A stretch of DNA of 63,811 nucleotides, counting the filler, from Pseudomonadota bacterium (GTDB lineage Bacteria > Desulfobacterota > Desulfobacteria > Desulfobacterales > JBDRRP01): the NCBI GenBank assembly GCA_043825735.1. It is 7 parts of 7 records of this genome, joined end to end, with 100 filler letters (N's around TTAATTAATTAA, not from the genome) between each part and the next. Parts side by side here need not be neighbours in the genome. Positions count along the whole stretch, not along the records: positions 19,872 to 47,224 come from JBDRRP010000005.1; 6 more parts are not named here. One strand, written 5' to 3'. The notes below the pieces were generated by a model. The model saw nothing but the letters and a program-made list of their open reading frames with translations. It made no database searches and had not been told where the DNA came from. Made by a program: the position numbers and the translations under genes. Shown here piece after piece: positions 34,607 to 43,316 of this stretch; positions within the stretch are counted from its first letter, which is position 1; every line of letters starts with the position of its first letter.

Positions 34607-34704
34607 ACCACAGAGAACACAGAGAACCGCAGAGAATTTAATGAATAATTAATGGGTTATCTCTGTGCTCTCTGCGTCCTCTGTGGTGATTTCAGACTTT
34701 TTAC
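34607..34704. repeat. Inverted 9-mer repeat element with a GATTTCAGACTTTTTAC tail
   Basis: ACCACAGAGAACACAGAGAACCGCAGAG ... CTCTGTGCTCTCTGCGTCCTCTGTGGTG. Confidence 0.8.
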
Positions 34705-34845
34705 ATAGTTATTAGACTGAAGGCTGAAGGAAAATTACCGGTATTGATTATGCGCTGTCTTCAACGGCAGCAGTGGCTTTCGCGCAGAAGGGGGATTGAC
34801 CCCGCCCGCGGATTTTTCAAAACGGTCCTGAATGATCGATACGCA

Positions 34846-35187
34846 TTATCCCATCCAGGCAAGCCACTGCGGGTCCACCTTTCCCGCCAGCCAGAACAGC
34901 AGCATCCCCACCACCACCGTTCCGCCCAATGACCGCGTGCGCCAGGCAAAGGCAAACGTCGGAATGGATACCCACAGCTCCGGTCTCAGCAGATCGAGAT
35001 GTCTGGGGTCCCCGTCAAGGACCAGGGCCGGCAGCAGCAGCGCGCTGAGAATGGCCGCCGGGATCAGCTCCAGCCACTGGATGAACCACTCCGGTAGGGA
35101 TCGACGGGAAAGATAGTGCAGGGGCAGCCATCGGGGCAGATAGGTCGCCAGGCCCATCCCCGCCAGGAGCAGCAGGTAATCAGCCAT
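34846..35187 (-). CDS. azlD: Branched-chain amino-acid exporter small subunit
   Basis: MGLATYLPRWLP..IPAAILSAL; overlaps azlC. Confidence 0.85.
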   Translation of the reverse strand: MADYLLLLAGMGLATYLPRWLPLHYLSRRSLPEWFIQWLELIPAAILSALLLPALVLDGDPRHLDLLRPELWVSIPTFAFAWRTRSLGGTVVVGMLLFWLAGKVDPQWLAWMG

Positions 35188-35899
35188 TGCTGCTCCCGGT
35201 CCGCATCAACTTGCGCTGGATGATGACGCCCGCCGTGGCGGCGATGCTGGATGCGCAAACGATATAGGTATTGCCCGGCATCATCAGGGCCAGACCCACG
35301 GCGGTTATGCCGGCGACCACGGCGGTCACCAGATGAATCAGCTTTCTGATCTGGTAGATGAGCAGGCAGATGAACATGGCGATGAGGGCATAATCGATCC
35401 CAAACGCGCCTTCAGGAATAAAGCGGCCGCCGATGCCCCCCGCCACGGTACTGACGAACCAGGTCAGGTTGGCCGCGTGGTTGACCACCAGGGCCCGGGA
35501 CAGGCTCCAGCCACCGGCATTGAATCGCGGCAGATTGACGGCGAAGCTCTCGTCCGTCACCCCGTAAGCGTACAGCGCGAGCAGTCCCCGGTGGGCAGCG
35601 CGCAAATAGACCGCCAGGGCCGAGCTCATCAGCACATGGCGCAGATTGACCACAAAGGTGGTGGTGATGATGGCCGGCGCCGAAGCCCCGGCGGTTAGCA
35701 TGGAGACGGCGATGAATTGCGCACTGCCGGCAAAGACCATGATGGACATCAGGCCGATCTGGAGGGGCGTGAGCCCGGCTTTCTGGGCCAACACCCCGAA
35801 GGCCATGCCGATGGGCAGGTAACCCAGGCAGATGGGCCATCCGGCGGTCAGCCCCGCTTTAAGCACGGAGGGCTTTGCAGATGATGAAAAGAATGTCAT
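35180..35899 (-). CDS. azlC: Branched-chain amino-acid exporter large subunit
   Basis: FAGSAQF, VNLRH, TDESFA. Confidence 0.9.
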   Translation of the reverse strand: MTFFSSSAKPSVLKAGLTAGWPICLGYLPIGMAFGVLAQKAGLTPLQIGLMSIMVFAGSAQFIAVSMLTAGASAPAIITTTFVVNLRHVLMSSALAVYLRAAHRGLLALYAYGVTDESFAVNLPRFNAGGWSLSRALVVNHAANLTWFVSTVAGGIGGRFIPEGAFGIDYALIAMFICLLIYQIRKLIHLVTAVVAGITAVGLALMMPGNTYIVCASSIAATAGVIIQRKLMRTGSSNG

Positions 35900-36104
35900 G
35901 CGCCAATCCTCGTACGAAGTGGCCGTTGAGACAACCTGTCGTTTCATTGAGAAGTGAATCTGAATATAAATATGTATGGCAATATTTGCAAAGACATTAT
36001 GATAGTAGTCGTAAATTATCAAAACGTTTGCAGATATCAGGTAAAAATGCCATATTATGGCATTCCATACTGCTTCTGAGCGACCCACTGCAAAGGTTTT
36101 GCAA

Positions 36105-36548
36105 ATGACCAAACTGGATGACTACGACCGGAAAATAATTGCCGCGCTGCAGGCCAACGGACGACTTTCCAACATCGATGCCGCCAGTGCCGTCAACCTG
36201 TCCCATTCGAGTTGTTCCCGGCGTATCGCACGGCTTGAACGCGAGGGCGTCATCGTCGGCTATCGCGCCCTGACGGATCGGCAAAAACTCGGGCTCTCGG
36301 TTCGGGCCTATTGCGGTGTGATCCGTGACGCGACCGTGGGGTGGGAGGAACTCGCTCACAACCTTGCCAAAATCGAGGGCGTCGTCAGCGTGTTCGCGGT
36401 ATCCGGCGAAGTCGATCTGATGCTCGAAATCGTTGCCCGTGATATGCAGCACTACTCCCAGGTCGTCCTTCAGGACGTGTTCAACACCGATGGCGTGAGT
36501 GCCACGCGCAGTTCCTTCGTCCTCGAAGAAATCAAGTCCATCTATTGA
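36105..36548 (+). CDS. Lrp/AsnC-family regulator, divergent from azlCD
   Basis: LDDYDRKI..LQANGR HTH; SGEVD. Confidence 0.9.
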   Translation: MTKLDDYDRKIIAALQANGRLSNIDAASAVNLSHSSCSRRIARLEREGVIVGYRALTDRQKLGLSVRAYCGVIRDATVGWEELAHNLAKIEGVVSVFAVSGEVDLMLEIVARDMQHYSQVVLQDVFNTDGVSATRSSFVLEEIKSIY

Positions 36549-36719
36549 ACCGCGGCATTTTCCCCTGCCCGTGGCAATAAAACACCGCTTTCAAGCGAAA
36601 CGGCAATGTCGTATACTTGCAAAAACCATCGGCCTCAGGCCACTCGCCGCGGTGTTCCGAGCATTCCTCCCTTTCGCTGAGGCCTGTTTTCACTTTTCGA
36701 TCAAAGAAATGAGGATCTC

Positions 36720-37487
36720 ATGAGCCCATTTTCAAAAGGAGGTGTGGCGATGGTTATGGCAACATTCCTATTGGGGTTTCTCGCCGTCTCACCCGGTTCT
36801 GCGGCGGCCGGTCAGACGCCGTTCGAAGTCGATGTTTTCGCGACATCGGCCGGCAACCTGAGGATCACCTTTATCGGGCATGGCTCGCTGATGTTCGCCT
36901 TCGACGGGAAGGTCATCCATGTGGATCCCTACGGCAAACTCGCCGACTATGGCGCTCTGCCCAAGGCCGATCTGGTGCTGATCACCCACGAACACGGTGA
37001 CCATCTCGACGCCGACGCCCTCAGCAAGGTGCGCACGGCCGAGACGGTTGTGGTGGCCAATGCGACCGCCGCCGATAAGCTGGACGGTGCCGTGGTGATG
37101 CACAACGGCGACGTGCAGACACTCAAGGGGCTCAAGATCGAAGCCGTCCCCGCCTACAACCTCGTCCATCGCCGCGACAACGGGCAGCCCTTTCACCCCA
37201 CGGGCGCAGGCAACGGCTACGTGGTCACCTTCGGCGGCAAACGGGTGTATATCGCCGGGGACACCGAAAACATCCCCGAGATGAAAACCCTGAAGGGCAT
37301 CGACGTTGCCTTTCTTCCCATGAACCTGCCGTACACCATGACCCCCGAAATGGTCGCCGATGCGGCCAGAGCCTTCAGGCCAGCGGTGCTTTACCCCTAC
37401 CACACCGGGGACACGGATCCGGCAACGCTCACCGATCTTCTCGGCGCGGAAAAAGGCATCGCGGTGCGTGTCCGGCAGATGCGGTAA
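36720..37487 (+). CDS. Exported metallo-beta-lactamase-fold hydrolase
   Basis: Signal peptide; THEHGDH, AGDT, PYH. Confidence 0.88.
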   Translation: MSPFSKGGVAMVMATFLLGFLAVSPGSAAAGQTPFEVDVFATSAGNLRITFIGHGSLMFAFDGKVIHVDPYGKLADYGALPKADLVLITHEHGDHLDADALSKVRTAETVVVANATAADKLDGAVVMHNGDVQTLKGLKIEAVPAYNLVHRRDNGQPFHPTGAGNGYVVTFGGKRVYIAGDTENIPEMKTLKGIDVAFLPMNLPYTMTPEMVADAARAFRPAVLYPYHTGDTDPATLTDLLGAEKGIAVRVRQMR

Positions 37488-37512
37488 GCGCAGTGGCGGG
37501 GGCGGTTGAAAA

Positions 37513-37650
37513 ATGCGCCGTCCTGCTGACGACAGGGCATGCATCCAAGGCATGATTTCAAATAGTAATCTTATGGTGAGTGCCTGGGATGCCGATGAAC
37601 TTGTCGGTATTGCCCGCAGCATGACTGATTTTCATTACGCTTGTTATCTG
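37513..37650 (+). pseudogene. Internal fragment of a GNAT acetyltransferase
   Basis: GMISNSNL.VSAWD..LVGIARSMTDFHYACYL; both ends missing. Confidence 0.65.
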
Positions 37651-37686
37651 CTTCAAAATGAGTTCGATTACAATGGAATATCAAAA

Positions 37687-38109
37687 ATGCCAATTAAGCT
37701 TAAAAATCTGGATGTCGGTTTAGGCGGTGCGATTGTCGGCAAAGGAATTGTTACCGGTGAAGAAATTATTGAAGCAAACAATGACCTTTTGTCTCTCAAA
37801 GAAAAACTGAAGAAGACCAAATACTGCATTATAGACTATTCCGACGCTACCCAATATGATGTATCGACCCCTGAAGTCGAAATCATAGCGGCCCAGGATA
37901 GTGAGATCGCAAAATATATTCCGGAGTACATTGTAGCTGTTATCGCGCCAAACAATCTTGAATTTGGTGTCTCACGAATGTGGGAGTCCGTCGTTAAAGT
38001 CAAAGGCCTTAATTGGGATACCATGGTTTTTAAAAATAGGGACGATGCTGAAAAATGGGTAAAACAGAAATTTAAAGAGAAATATAATATTGATATAACC
38101 ATGAAATGA
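37687..38109 (+). CDS. AT-rich hypothetical protein (STAS/SEC14-like)
   Basis: IIDYS..AVIA..FGVSRMWE..F..RDDAEKW pattern. Confidence 0.6.
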   Translation: MPIKLKNLDVGLGGAIVGKGIVTGEEIIEANNDLLSLKEKLKKTKYCIIDYSDATQYDVSTPEVEIIAAQDSEIAKYIPEYIVAVIAPNNLEFGVSRMWESVVKVKGLNWDTMVFKNRDDAEKWVKQKFKEKYNIDITMK

Positions 38110-38199
38110 AAGCCGCTCGGAACTGCTGCCGGCCGAAAAAATACTGAATATCGCCCGATGCCGTTACTTGGCCCCTTGCCGCTGTTAAGCCGTATAGGC

Positions 38200-38232
38200 G
38201 CAACCCTTGAACCCTCGAAACCTTGAACCCTT
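38200..38232. repeat. Short 8-mer tandem repeat (ACCCTTGA-like)
   Basis: AACCCTTGAACCCTCGAAACCTTGAACCCTT. Confidence 0.6.
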
Positions 38233-38279
38233 TTCTCCAACTAAATTGGAGAAGAGCCGAAAAAGGATCTATCATAACG

Positions 38280-38448
38280 ATGGGATTCATCCACCGACTG
38301 ACCAACGACCACCGCATGATGCGGTTGCTGTTGAACTTCTTCCCGCCCTATCTGGGCGCCGGCATCCGGGTGCGCCGGATATCTCCCGATTTTCGTGAAC
38401 TGGACGTGAGCATGGGCCTTCACTGGTTCAACCGAAACTATGTGGGAA
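38280..38448 (+). pseudogene. 5' half of a DUF4442 (hot-dog thioesterase) gene, interrupted by the integrated element
   Basis: NFFPPYLGAGIRV..HWFNRNYVG, then an abrupt switch to AT-rich DNA where THFGG is expected. Confidence 0.85.
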
Positions 38449-40033
38449 AACTATTAGTGAAAGATGCCGTTAATTTTCCAGACTCTTGCCACTTCTGAAA
38501 CAGAGTAGCATTAAATGAAAACGGAACATCTATTGACCATCGCTTCTCCTTTCCACCTTCAAATTGCACGACACAAGGGCCGCTAAGATTCGCTTCAACG
38601 AAGGTTTTCTTATCAGCTTCACTTAAAGCCCCAAGTTCATCAAGCATCTGTCTAATCTGTTTCTTCCCATTCTTTCTCTGATAGTCTAATAAAGCCTTTT
38701 CTTTAGTTGCGCTTTCTTTGAACTGTAATAGCCGCTGATCGTTATCTTGAATCTGATTTTTTAATGCAATAATTTCTCCTTCAATTTGATTAAACTTTTC
38801 AATGAATGATGTTTGATTGAATTCCTGAGATTCTAAAAGCTCATATAGATTTTCTTTCGTTGTCTCCTTTTTTTTCAATGTAGATTTAAGGGCTTTAATC
38901 TTCGCCTCTTGCTGCGTAATCTGGTCACTAATGTCTGACTCTGAAATCAACTTGTCTGGATTTAAAAGCATCCTGGAAGTCAGCTTCATCCAAACATAGC
39001 TTTCAACATCATCAGCAGGGAGAAATGACAGTTCACAACGTTTTTTTCCATCTGCCTCTAATTTCTTTTTAGATGCGTGTTTGTAATAGCAGCAATAATA
39101 CCGCTTATATTCACCTTTCTTTTTTAATTCGTTTGCCCTGACCTTTGCGCCACAGACTCCACAGCGCATAATATCTCTGCAAAAATATGATTGTATGCGC
39201 TGTGTATTCTTTGCGGAGATGGTATTCGTTCTAACTCGCTCTAATATCATGTCATAACGCTCTTGAGTTATCAGGGGAGTCATTTCATACGATAATACAT
39301 AGTCTTCTTTGTTTTCTTTGTCGCCCTTGTAATAGCCAAGATAAAGCGGATTTTTGACAGCGTTTCTAACGCCTACATCACTATATGATTTATTTCTAAT
39401 GTCATATAGACCTTGCTTTAGTTCTTTATTAATAACGGCTGCAACATCTAAAAACGCCAGTCCTTCATCTATATATAGTGACACCATGCGCTTGTATAAC
39501 CTGGCCCCTTCTGGCTCTATATCAAATTGCTTTTCTACTTTGTTCCAGACATAGCCAAGTGGTGAACGTCCTACGAATATCTTTTTCTCTTTTCTAAGTG
39601 CATCCCTCCTGCCTTGTGTCCTTTGTTTAATGACTGCTCTTTCCCATTGTGCGATGATTGCAAAAATCCCTAAGACAAGATCGCTTGTTAAATCACCGCC
39701 CATCGTGTTGGTGCGTTGTTTGATGAAATAGACACCTATACCTTTGTCTTTCAATTCATCTATTGTATTGATACATTCAATGAAGTTTCTGGCGAATCTG
39801 TCCAAATCACGGCAATAGATTAATTTAATATCGTTTTCTTTTACATAGTCAAGCATAACAATAAATTCTGTTCGTTTAACCATATTGCCGCCAGATTTGC
39901 CAGCATCCTTAAAGACTTTTACAAGTTCATTTCGATCAAGTTTAGATTGATTGATAATATCTTCTTCTTGAGATTCGATGCGCTCTTGTGAATTGTCCAT
40001 TGTCGATGTTCTACAATAGCCGACGACTTTCAT
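38438..40033 (-). CDS. Large serine recombinase (integrase)
   Basis: YCRTST catalytic Ser, D.GKSG, DLDRFAR, PLGY recombinase domain, CGVC..YYCC zinc ribbon, coiled coil. Confidence 0.95.
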   Translation of the reverse strand: MKVVGYCRTSTMDNSQERIESQEEDIINQSKLDRNELVKVFKDAGKSGGNMVKRTEFIVMLDYVKENDIKLIYCRDLDRFARNFIECINTIDELKDKGIGVYFIKQRTNTMGGDLTSDLVLGIFAIIAQWERAVIKQRTQGRRDALRKEKKIFVGRSPLGYVWNKVEKQFDIEPEGARLYKRMVSLYIDEGLAFLDVAAVINKELKQGLYDIRNKSYSDVGVRNAVKNPLYLGYYKGDKENKEDYVLSYEMTPLITQERYDMILERVRTNTISAKNTQRIQSYFCRDIMRCGVCGAKVRANELKKKGEYKRYYCCYYKHASKKKLEADGKKRCELSFLPADDVESYVWMKLTSRMLLNPDKLISESDISDQITQQEAKIKALKSTLKKKETTKENLYELLESQEFNQTSFIEKFNQIEGEIIALKNQIQDNDQRLLQFKESATKEKALLDYQRKNGKKQIRQMLDELGALSEADKKTFVEANLSGPCVVQFEGGKEKRWSIDVPFSFNATLFQKWQESGKLTASFTNSFPT

Positions 40034-40203
40034 TTCTTATCCTCCAGTTTTTGATTAATTTGACGAAGTTGCTCTGACTGATATTCTGGAGAAGATTGAT
40101 CTTTGTTCTTTTTATAAATGCCTTCGCCCATACCGAGTGCAAAAAATCCAAGTGCTAATAGAGCAGCAAGAATTATAACAATGTCGCCTCTGTCATTGTT
40201 CAT
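40030..40203 (-). CDS. Small single-TM protein (57 aa) coupled to the integrase
   Basis: Translated by hand: MNNDRGDIVIILAALLALGFFALG...; AAGGAG SD; ATGA overlap. Confidence 0.65.
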   Translation of the reverse strand: MNNDRGDIVIILAALLALGFFALGMGEGIYKKNKDQSSPEYQSEQLRQINQKLEDKK

Positions 40204-40305
40204 GTTGTGCTCCTTTCGATTAACAAGATATTTTGCAATAACAGTTCTTTATATAACATAGTTAGCCTTAAATGTAAACAGGTTTTTACCAACCACCTAA
40301 ACGAA

Positions 40306-40347
40306 ACAAAAAAGCCCATATTCAATTAAGAATATGAGCTTTTTTGT
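40306..40347. terminator. Bidirectional terminator
   Basis: ACAAAAAAGCCCATATTC-loop-GAATATGAGCTTTTTTGT. Confidence 0.8.
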
Positions 40348-40374
40348 AAATGCTGTATTTTATAAACTTACTTG

Positions 40375-40608
40375 TTATTTACCCCAACAGCATGGACAAC
40401 CCTTAAACGGTCGATAAAGTTGATGCCTGAAATAAGTTCTGCACCTTCTACAATAATAAATTGCTTCATATCGTGGCTGTGTTTTGACCGCTAACAAATT
40501 TTCATTTTCAAGCGGTATCTGTAAAAACTTCTCATTAATAAATTGATTGTTATACGGTTCAGCCTTTAAAATCCCAAGTTCAAATTCCCATTGTTTGTCA
40601 TGCCTCAT
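40375..40608 (-). CDS. Small zinc-ribbon protein
   Basis: CRRC...CPCC. Confidence 0.65.
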   Translation of the reverse strand: MRHDKQWEFELGILKAEPYNNQFINEKFLQIPLENENLLAVKTQPRYEAIYYCRRCRTYFRHQLYRPFKGCPCCWGK

Positions 40609-40609
40609 T

Positions 40610-41224
40610 TTATAGGCCCTTCATTGACCGAACAAAATCATCAACACCTAAAATCCGGCCCTTTCTGTCTTTCAGAACGTCAGCTAAAAGAACCTCATCT
40701 TCAGCCGTCCATTCTTCGCCTTTTGTATGTGCTTCGAAAAGGTTAGAAACTGTAGCTGCCGAGGCCACGATGTCGCCGCTTCTAAGTTGATCAACATCAA
40801 TTACAGATTCTTGACCTGTCTTTTCATCCCTATACATTTTAACTCTTGCATTAATGCTATTACCAACGCCTTGTGGCTGCAATCTTGCTATGTCTTTTAA
40901 TAGACCGAAACTTGATTCTCGACAGTGTAAATCAGCATAAATTTTATCCCCACTTCTTTGAACATTCTTGAAAATCCCGAGCCAGTCCCTAACGTCCCTA
41001 ACGCCTCCGCGTTCCTTACGCTCTGAGGCTGCTGGATGATTATAGAATGATTTTAAGCCTTCTGTTAAACGTGCAATACTTGCAATTGCTTTGTCTGAAT
41101 ATTCGTACCCGTTTTTGGATTTTCTAAACCCAAATACACAAACTTTTTTGATAATCTTATTTGCTTCGTCAATACCTACTGATTCAAACGTATTCTCATA
41201 ATTTTCTGTAATCTCTTTTATCAT
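40610..41224 (-). CDS. Phage prohead (capsid maturation) protease-like protein
   Basis: SKNGYEYS, YNHP (His), R.VRD..G, GNSINA (Ser), SGDIVASAAT..LFE; AAGGAGG SD. Confidence 0.75.
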   Translation of the reverse strand: MIKEITENYENTFESVGIDEANKIIKKVCVFGFRKSKNGYEYSDKAIASIARLTEGLKSFYNHPAASERKERGGVRDVRDWLGIFKNVQRSGDKIYADLHCRESSFGLLKDIARLQPQGVGNSINARVKMYRDEKTGQESVIDVDQLRSGDIVASAATVSNLFEAHTKGEEWTAEDEVLLADVLKDRKGRILGVDDFVRSMKGL

Positions 41225-41238
41225 ATATTTATTCCTCC

Positions 41239-41901
41239 TTATCCTGCTAATCCCCATTTCTTTAGTAATGATTCCTTTTCTTTTCTCTTCTTTTCGTGAA
41301 GTCTTTTTTTGTCTTCATCAAGTTGCGCCTGAATACGTCCTGGGATCAGTGCTCTTTCTGTTTGTTGTCGCAATCTATGATCAAGTATGAATTTAATCTT
41401 TGGAAGCTTTTCACCTTTTACCGTTAAATCTTCACTGCTATCTTGAACCCAACCTTTAGCTCTAAAAATATCTGTTAGAACCTGCCGACGCTTCGGAAAT
41501 ATTCGATCAATTTCTAACCTGCTCAGATCCTGCTTTTCTCCAAATTCAGTTTCAGCGGTTGCGAATAGATCTAAGTATCGACAAACTTTATCTTCAGTAT
41601 CCATATCTAAGGTTATAAACTTGTCACTGAACAAATATAGCTTTAAGCGGTTCTGGCCATATACAATATGATCTCTCATAAACTGAGCAAGTTTCTTTTC
41701 ATTTGGATAATCGGCAACAAGTTCTCTTTTTGAAAAATAGGTTTTGCCATTTGGCATTATCCATTTTGCAGTCACTTTTCTTTCGATCATGTTTAAAGCT
41801 TTCGCCATTTTTTCAAGATTAGTTTTTTTCGACTTAATTTCTTTTAACAAAAGCTCGCTATAGAGCGTGTTTTTCAAAGCTATCCATAATTGTGAATCCA
41901 T
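41239..41901 (-). CDS. Hypothetical protein (220 aa)
   Basis: AAAGGA SD; co-oriented with the protease gene. Confidence 0.75.
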   Translation of the reverse strand: MDSQLWIALKNTLYSELLLKEIKSKKTNLEKMAKALNMIERKVTAKWIMPNGKTYFSKRELVADYPNEKKLAQFMRDHIVYGQNRLKLYLFSDKFITLDMDTEDKVCRYLDLFATAETEFGEKQDLSRLEIDRIFPKRRQVLTDIFRAKGWVQDSSEDLTVKGEKLPKIKFILDHRLRQQTERALIPGRIQAQLDEDKKRLHEKKRKEKESLLKKWGLAG

Positions 41902-41931
41902 ATATTTTTCCTTTCTATATTTGTAAGTAAA

Positions 41932-42140
41932 TGTGCTACGCACCAGGCCCGGGATTAAAGATATGTAGAAATACCTGATTCACTGGTGCGTAGCACACGT
42001 TGTATTCGTGTCAGTAGACGGCAATATGAATGATTTAACAAAACTGGACCCGTCTACTGACTGGTTGAAGATTGTCCAGTTCTGCGAGTGCGAACACGAT
42101 GGTAAAGCTTATGGCGGTTATTGTCGCTCCGTGTTCGCAC
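41932..42140 (-). ncRNA. Candidate structured RNA: three perfect stems (15, 12, 11 bp) with 28-36-nt loops
   Basis: Inverted repeats 41932-41946/41983-41997, 42010-42021/42050-42061 and 42088-42098/42130-42140; strand inferred from neighbouring genes. Confidence 0.5.
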
Positions 42141-42438
42141 ATAACTAAAATCCATCTGCGGGTGAAAAGTCCGGTGAATAATAGCTACTTTAGAGTGAGC
42201 GTAACCGCGCATAATTGTTTTCTATTTATTTTATATTATTTTTTATTTGAATTCTCAAAAAATTATATCATTCTACACAAAACTTACTGCCCTACACCCA
42301 CCTTTCGCTGAAAAGTTTCAGAAATACCCGCGCCCATCTACATATCCTGTAGACTCAAAGAACTATCAATTTCCAGGGCCAAAGAGTTTCTCAGTTTTAA
42401 TGATATAAATGCATTATTAAGCACTATAAAAATATAGC

Positions 42439-42509
42439 TAAGTTACTGATACCATTAGAAGTTGACATAAATAGTTATTATCAGTCATTTTAGTAATTTC
42501 AATAGCTTA
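42439..42509. promoter_or_regulatory. dif-like Xer site flanked by IHF-like sites
   Basis: AGTTGACATAA-ATAGTTA-TTATCAGTCAT; TAAGTTACTGATA and TTTCAATAGCTTA match or nearly match WATCARNNNNTTR. Confidence 0.55.
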
Positions 42510-42762
42510 TAGCGTCATTCTGTTTTGCATATTCCGACTTGGGCACTTGTAACAATGTTACAAAATTATTACCTTGAATTTATGTCTTAAGATACTCTTC
42601 CATTAATGCTGTGCTTCTGTGTCATAATTGTTTTGTATTATCGTTGTGAAATCAAATATCTGCATGTAAGCAAAAGCATGACTTATCGCTCCACTCTGTT
42701 CCGTGAATTATTGCATGCATCTTGAACTATAGAAGATAGTTGCAATACTTGTAAATGACCCA

Positions 42763-43002
42763 TCAGATCTGAATATTACACTTGTACGGGATATCTATAA
42801 TATCAAGCGTTCCATTTTCATCAATATATATAGAGACAGCTTTCTGATTACTGTCAAAAAGAATGATATGATGCTGCCTTCCCTTCTTGTTCATAAAGAA
42901 TCTAAAATCATATATATGATAGTCTTCTGATAATTTGTTCTTTAAAATATTATCTAAATTGAATATTTGTTTTAATTGTTCTTCCGTTTCTTTATATTTC
43001 AA
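42763..43002 (-). CDS. Hypothetical protein
   Basis: ORF track; TTG start overlapping the upstream ORF. Confidence 0.55.
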   Translation of the reverse strand: MKYKETEEQLKQIFNLDNILKNKLSEDYHIYDFRFFMNKKGRQHHIILFDSNQKAVSIYIDENGTLDIIDIPYKCNIQI

Positions 43003-43132
43003 AGTTTTTCCCTTTCAGAATTCCAATGATTAACTTTACCACGTCTTTTAAGATTCCTAAGAGTAAATTGTATTCCTGACATAGTTTATTATATTCTTTG
43101 TTTGCTTCTTCTAAATCTTTAAATCCATCCAT
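42992..43132 (-). CDS. Small hypothetical protein (46 aa)
   Basis: Translated by hand: MDGFKDLEEANKEY...; AGGAGG SD. Confidence 0.55.
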   Translation of the reverse strand: MDGFKDLEEANKEYNKLCQEYNLLLGILKDVVKLIIGILKGKNFEI

Positions 43133-43134
43133 AA

Positions 43135-43314
43135 CTACATATCCTCCTGATTAGGTGCTTTGAGTTCATTCAAAATCTTTTCCAGTAAATGTATAATACG
43201 CTCATCCTGAAGCCATAAATTTACGAGCATTGGGTCCGCAACGGTGGGATTATTTAGAAACCAATGCTTGCCATATTTCTTTTCTATAAAATCTGTTTCT
43301 TTTGTTTCGATCAT
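43135..43314 (-). CDS. Small hypothetical protein (59 aa)
   Basis: Translated by hand: MIETKETDFIEKKYG...; GGAGGT SD. Confidence 0.6.
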   Translation of the reverse strand: MIETKETDFIEKKYGKHWFLNNPTVADPMLVNLWLQDERIIHLLEKILNELKAPNQEDM

Positions 43315-43316
43315 TT

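Noticed and set aside
38110..38200. Possible integron attC after the GNAT/hypothetical gene
   Set aside because: No paired RYYYAAC/GTTRRRY boxes and no integron integrase seen.
42040..42049. Loop 2 shares AAAACTGGA with the integrase ribosome-binding region (~40043-40051)
   Set aside because: A 9-nt AT-rich match is plausible by chance; not used as evidence.
41932..42140. Long-loop hairpins as a mini-CRISPR or as terminators
   Set aside because: The three stems are unrelated in sequence and have no U-tracts.
42026..42148. 40-codon plus-strand ORF (MNDLTKLDPS...) across the hairpins, and the 79-aa ORF at 42072
   Set aside because: No clear SD, antisense to all neighbouring genes, and better explained by the inverted repeats.
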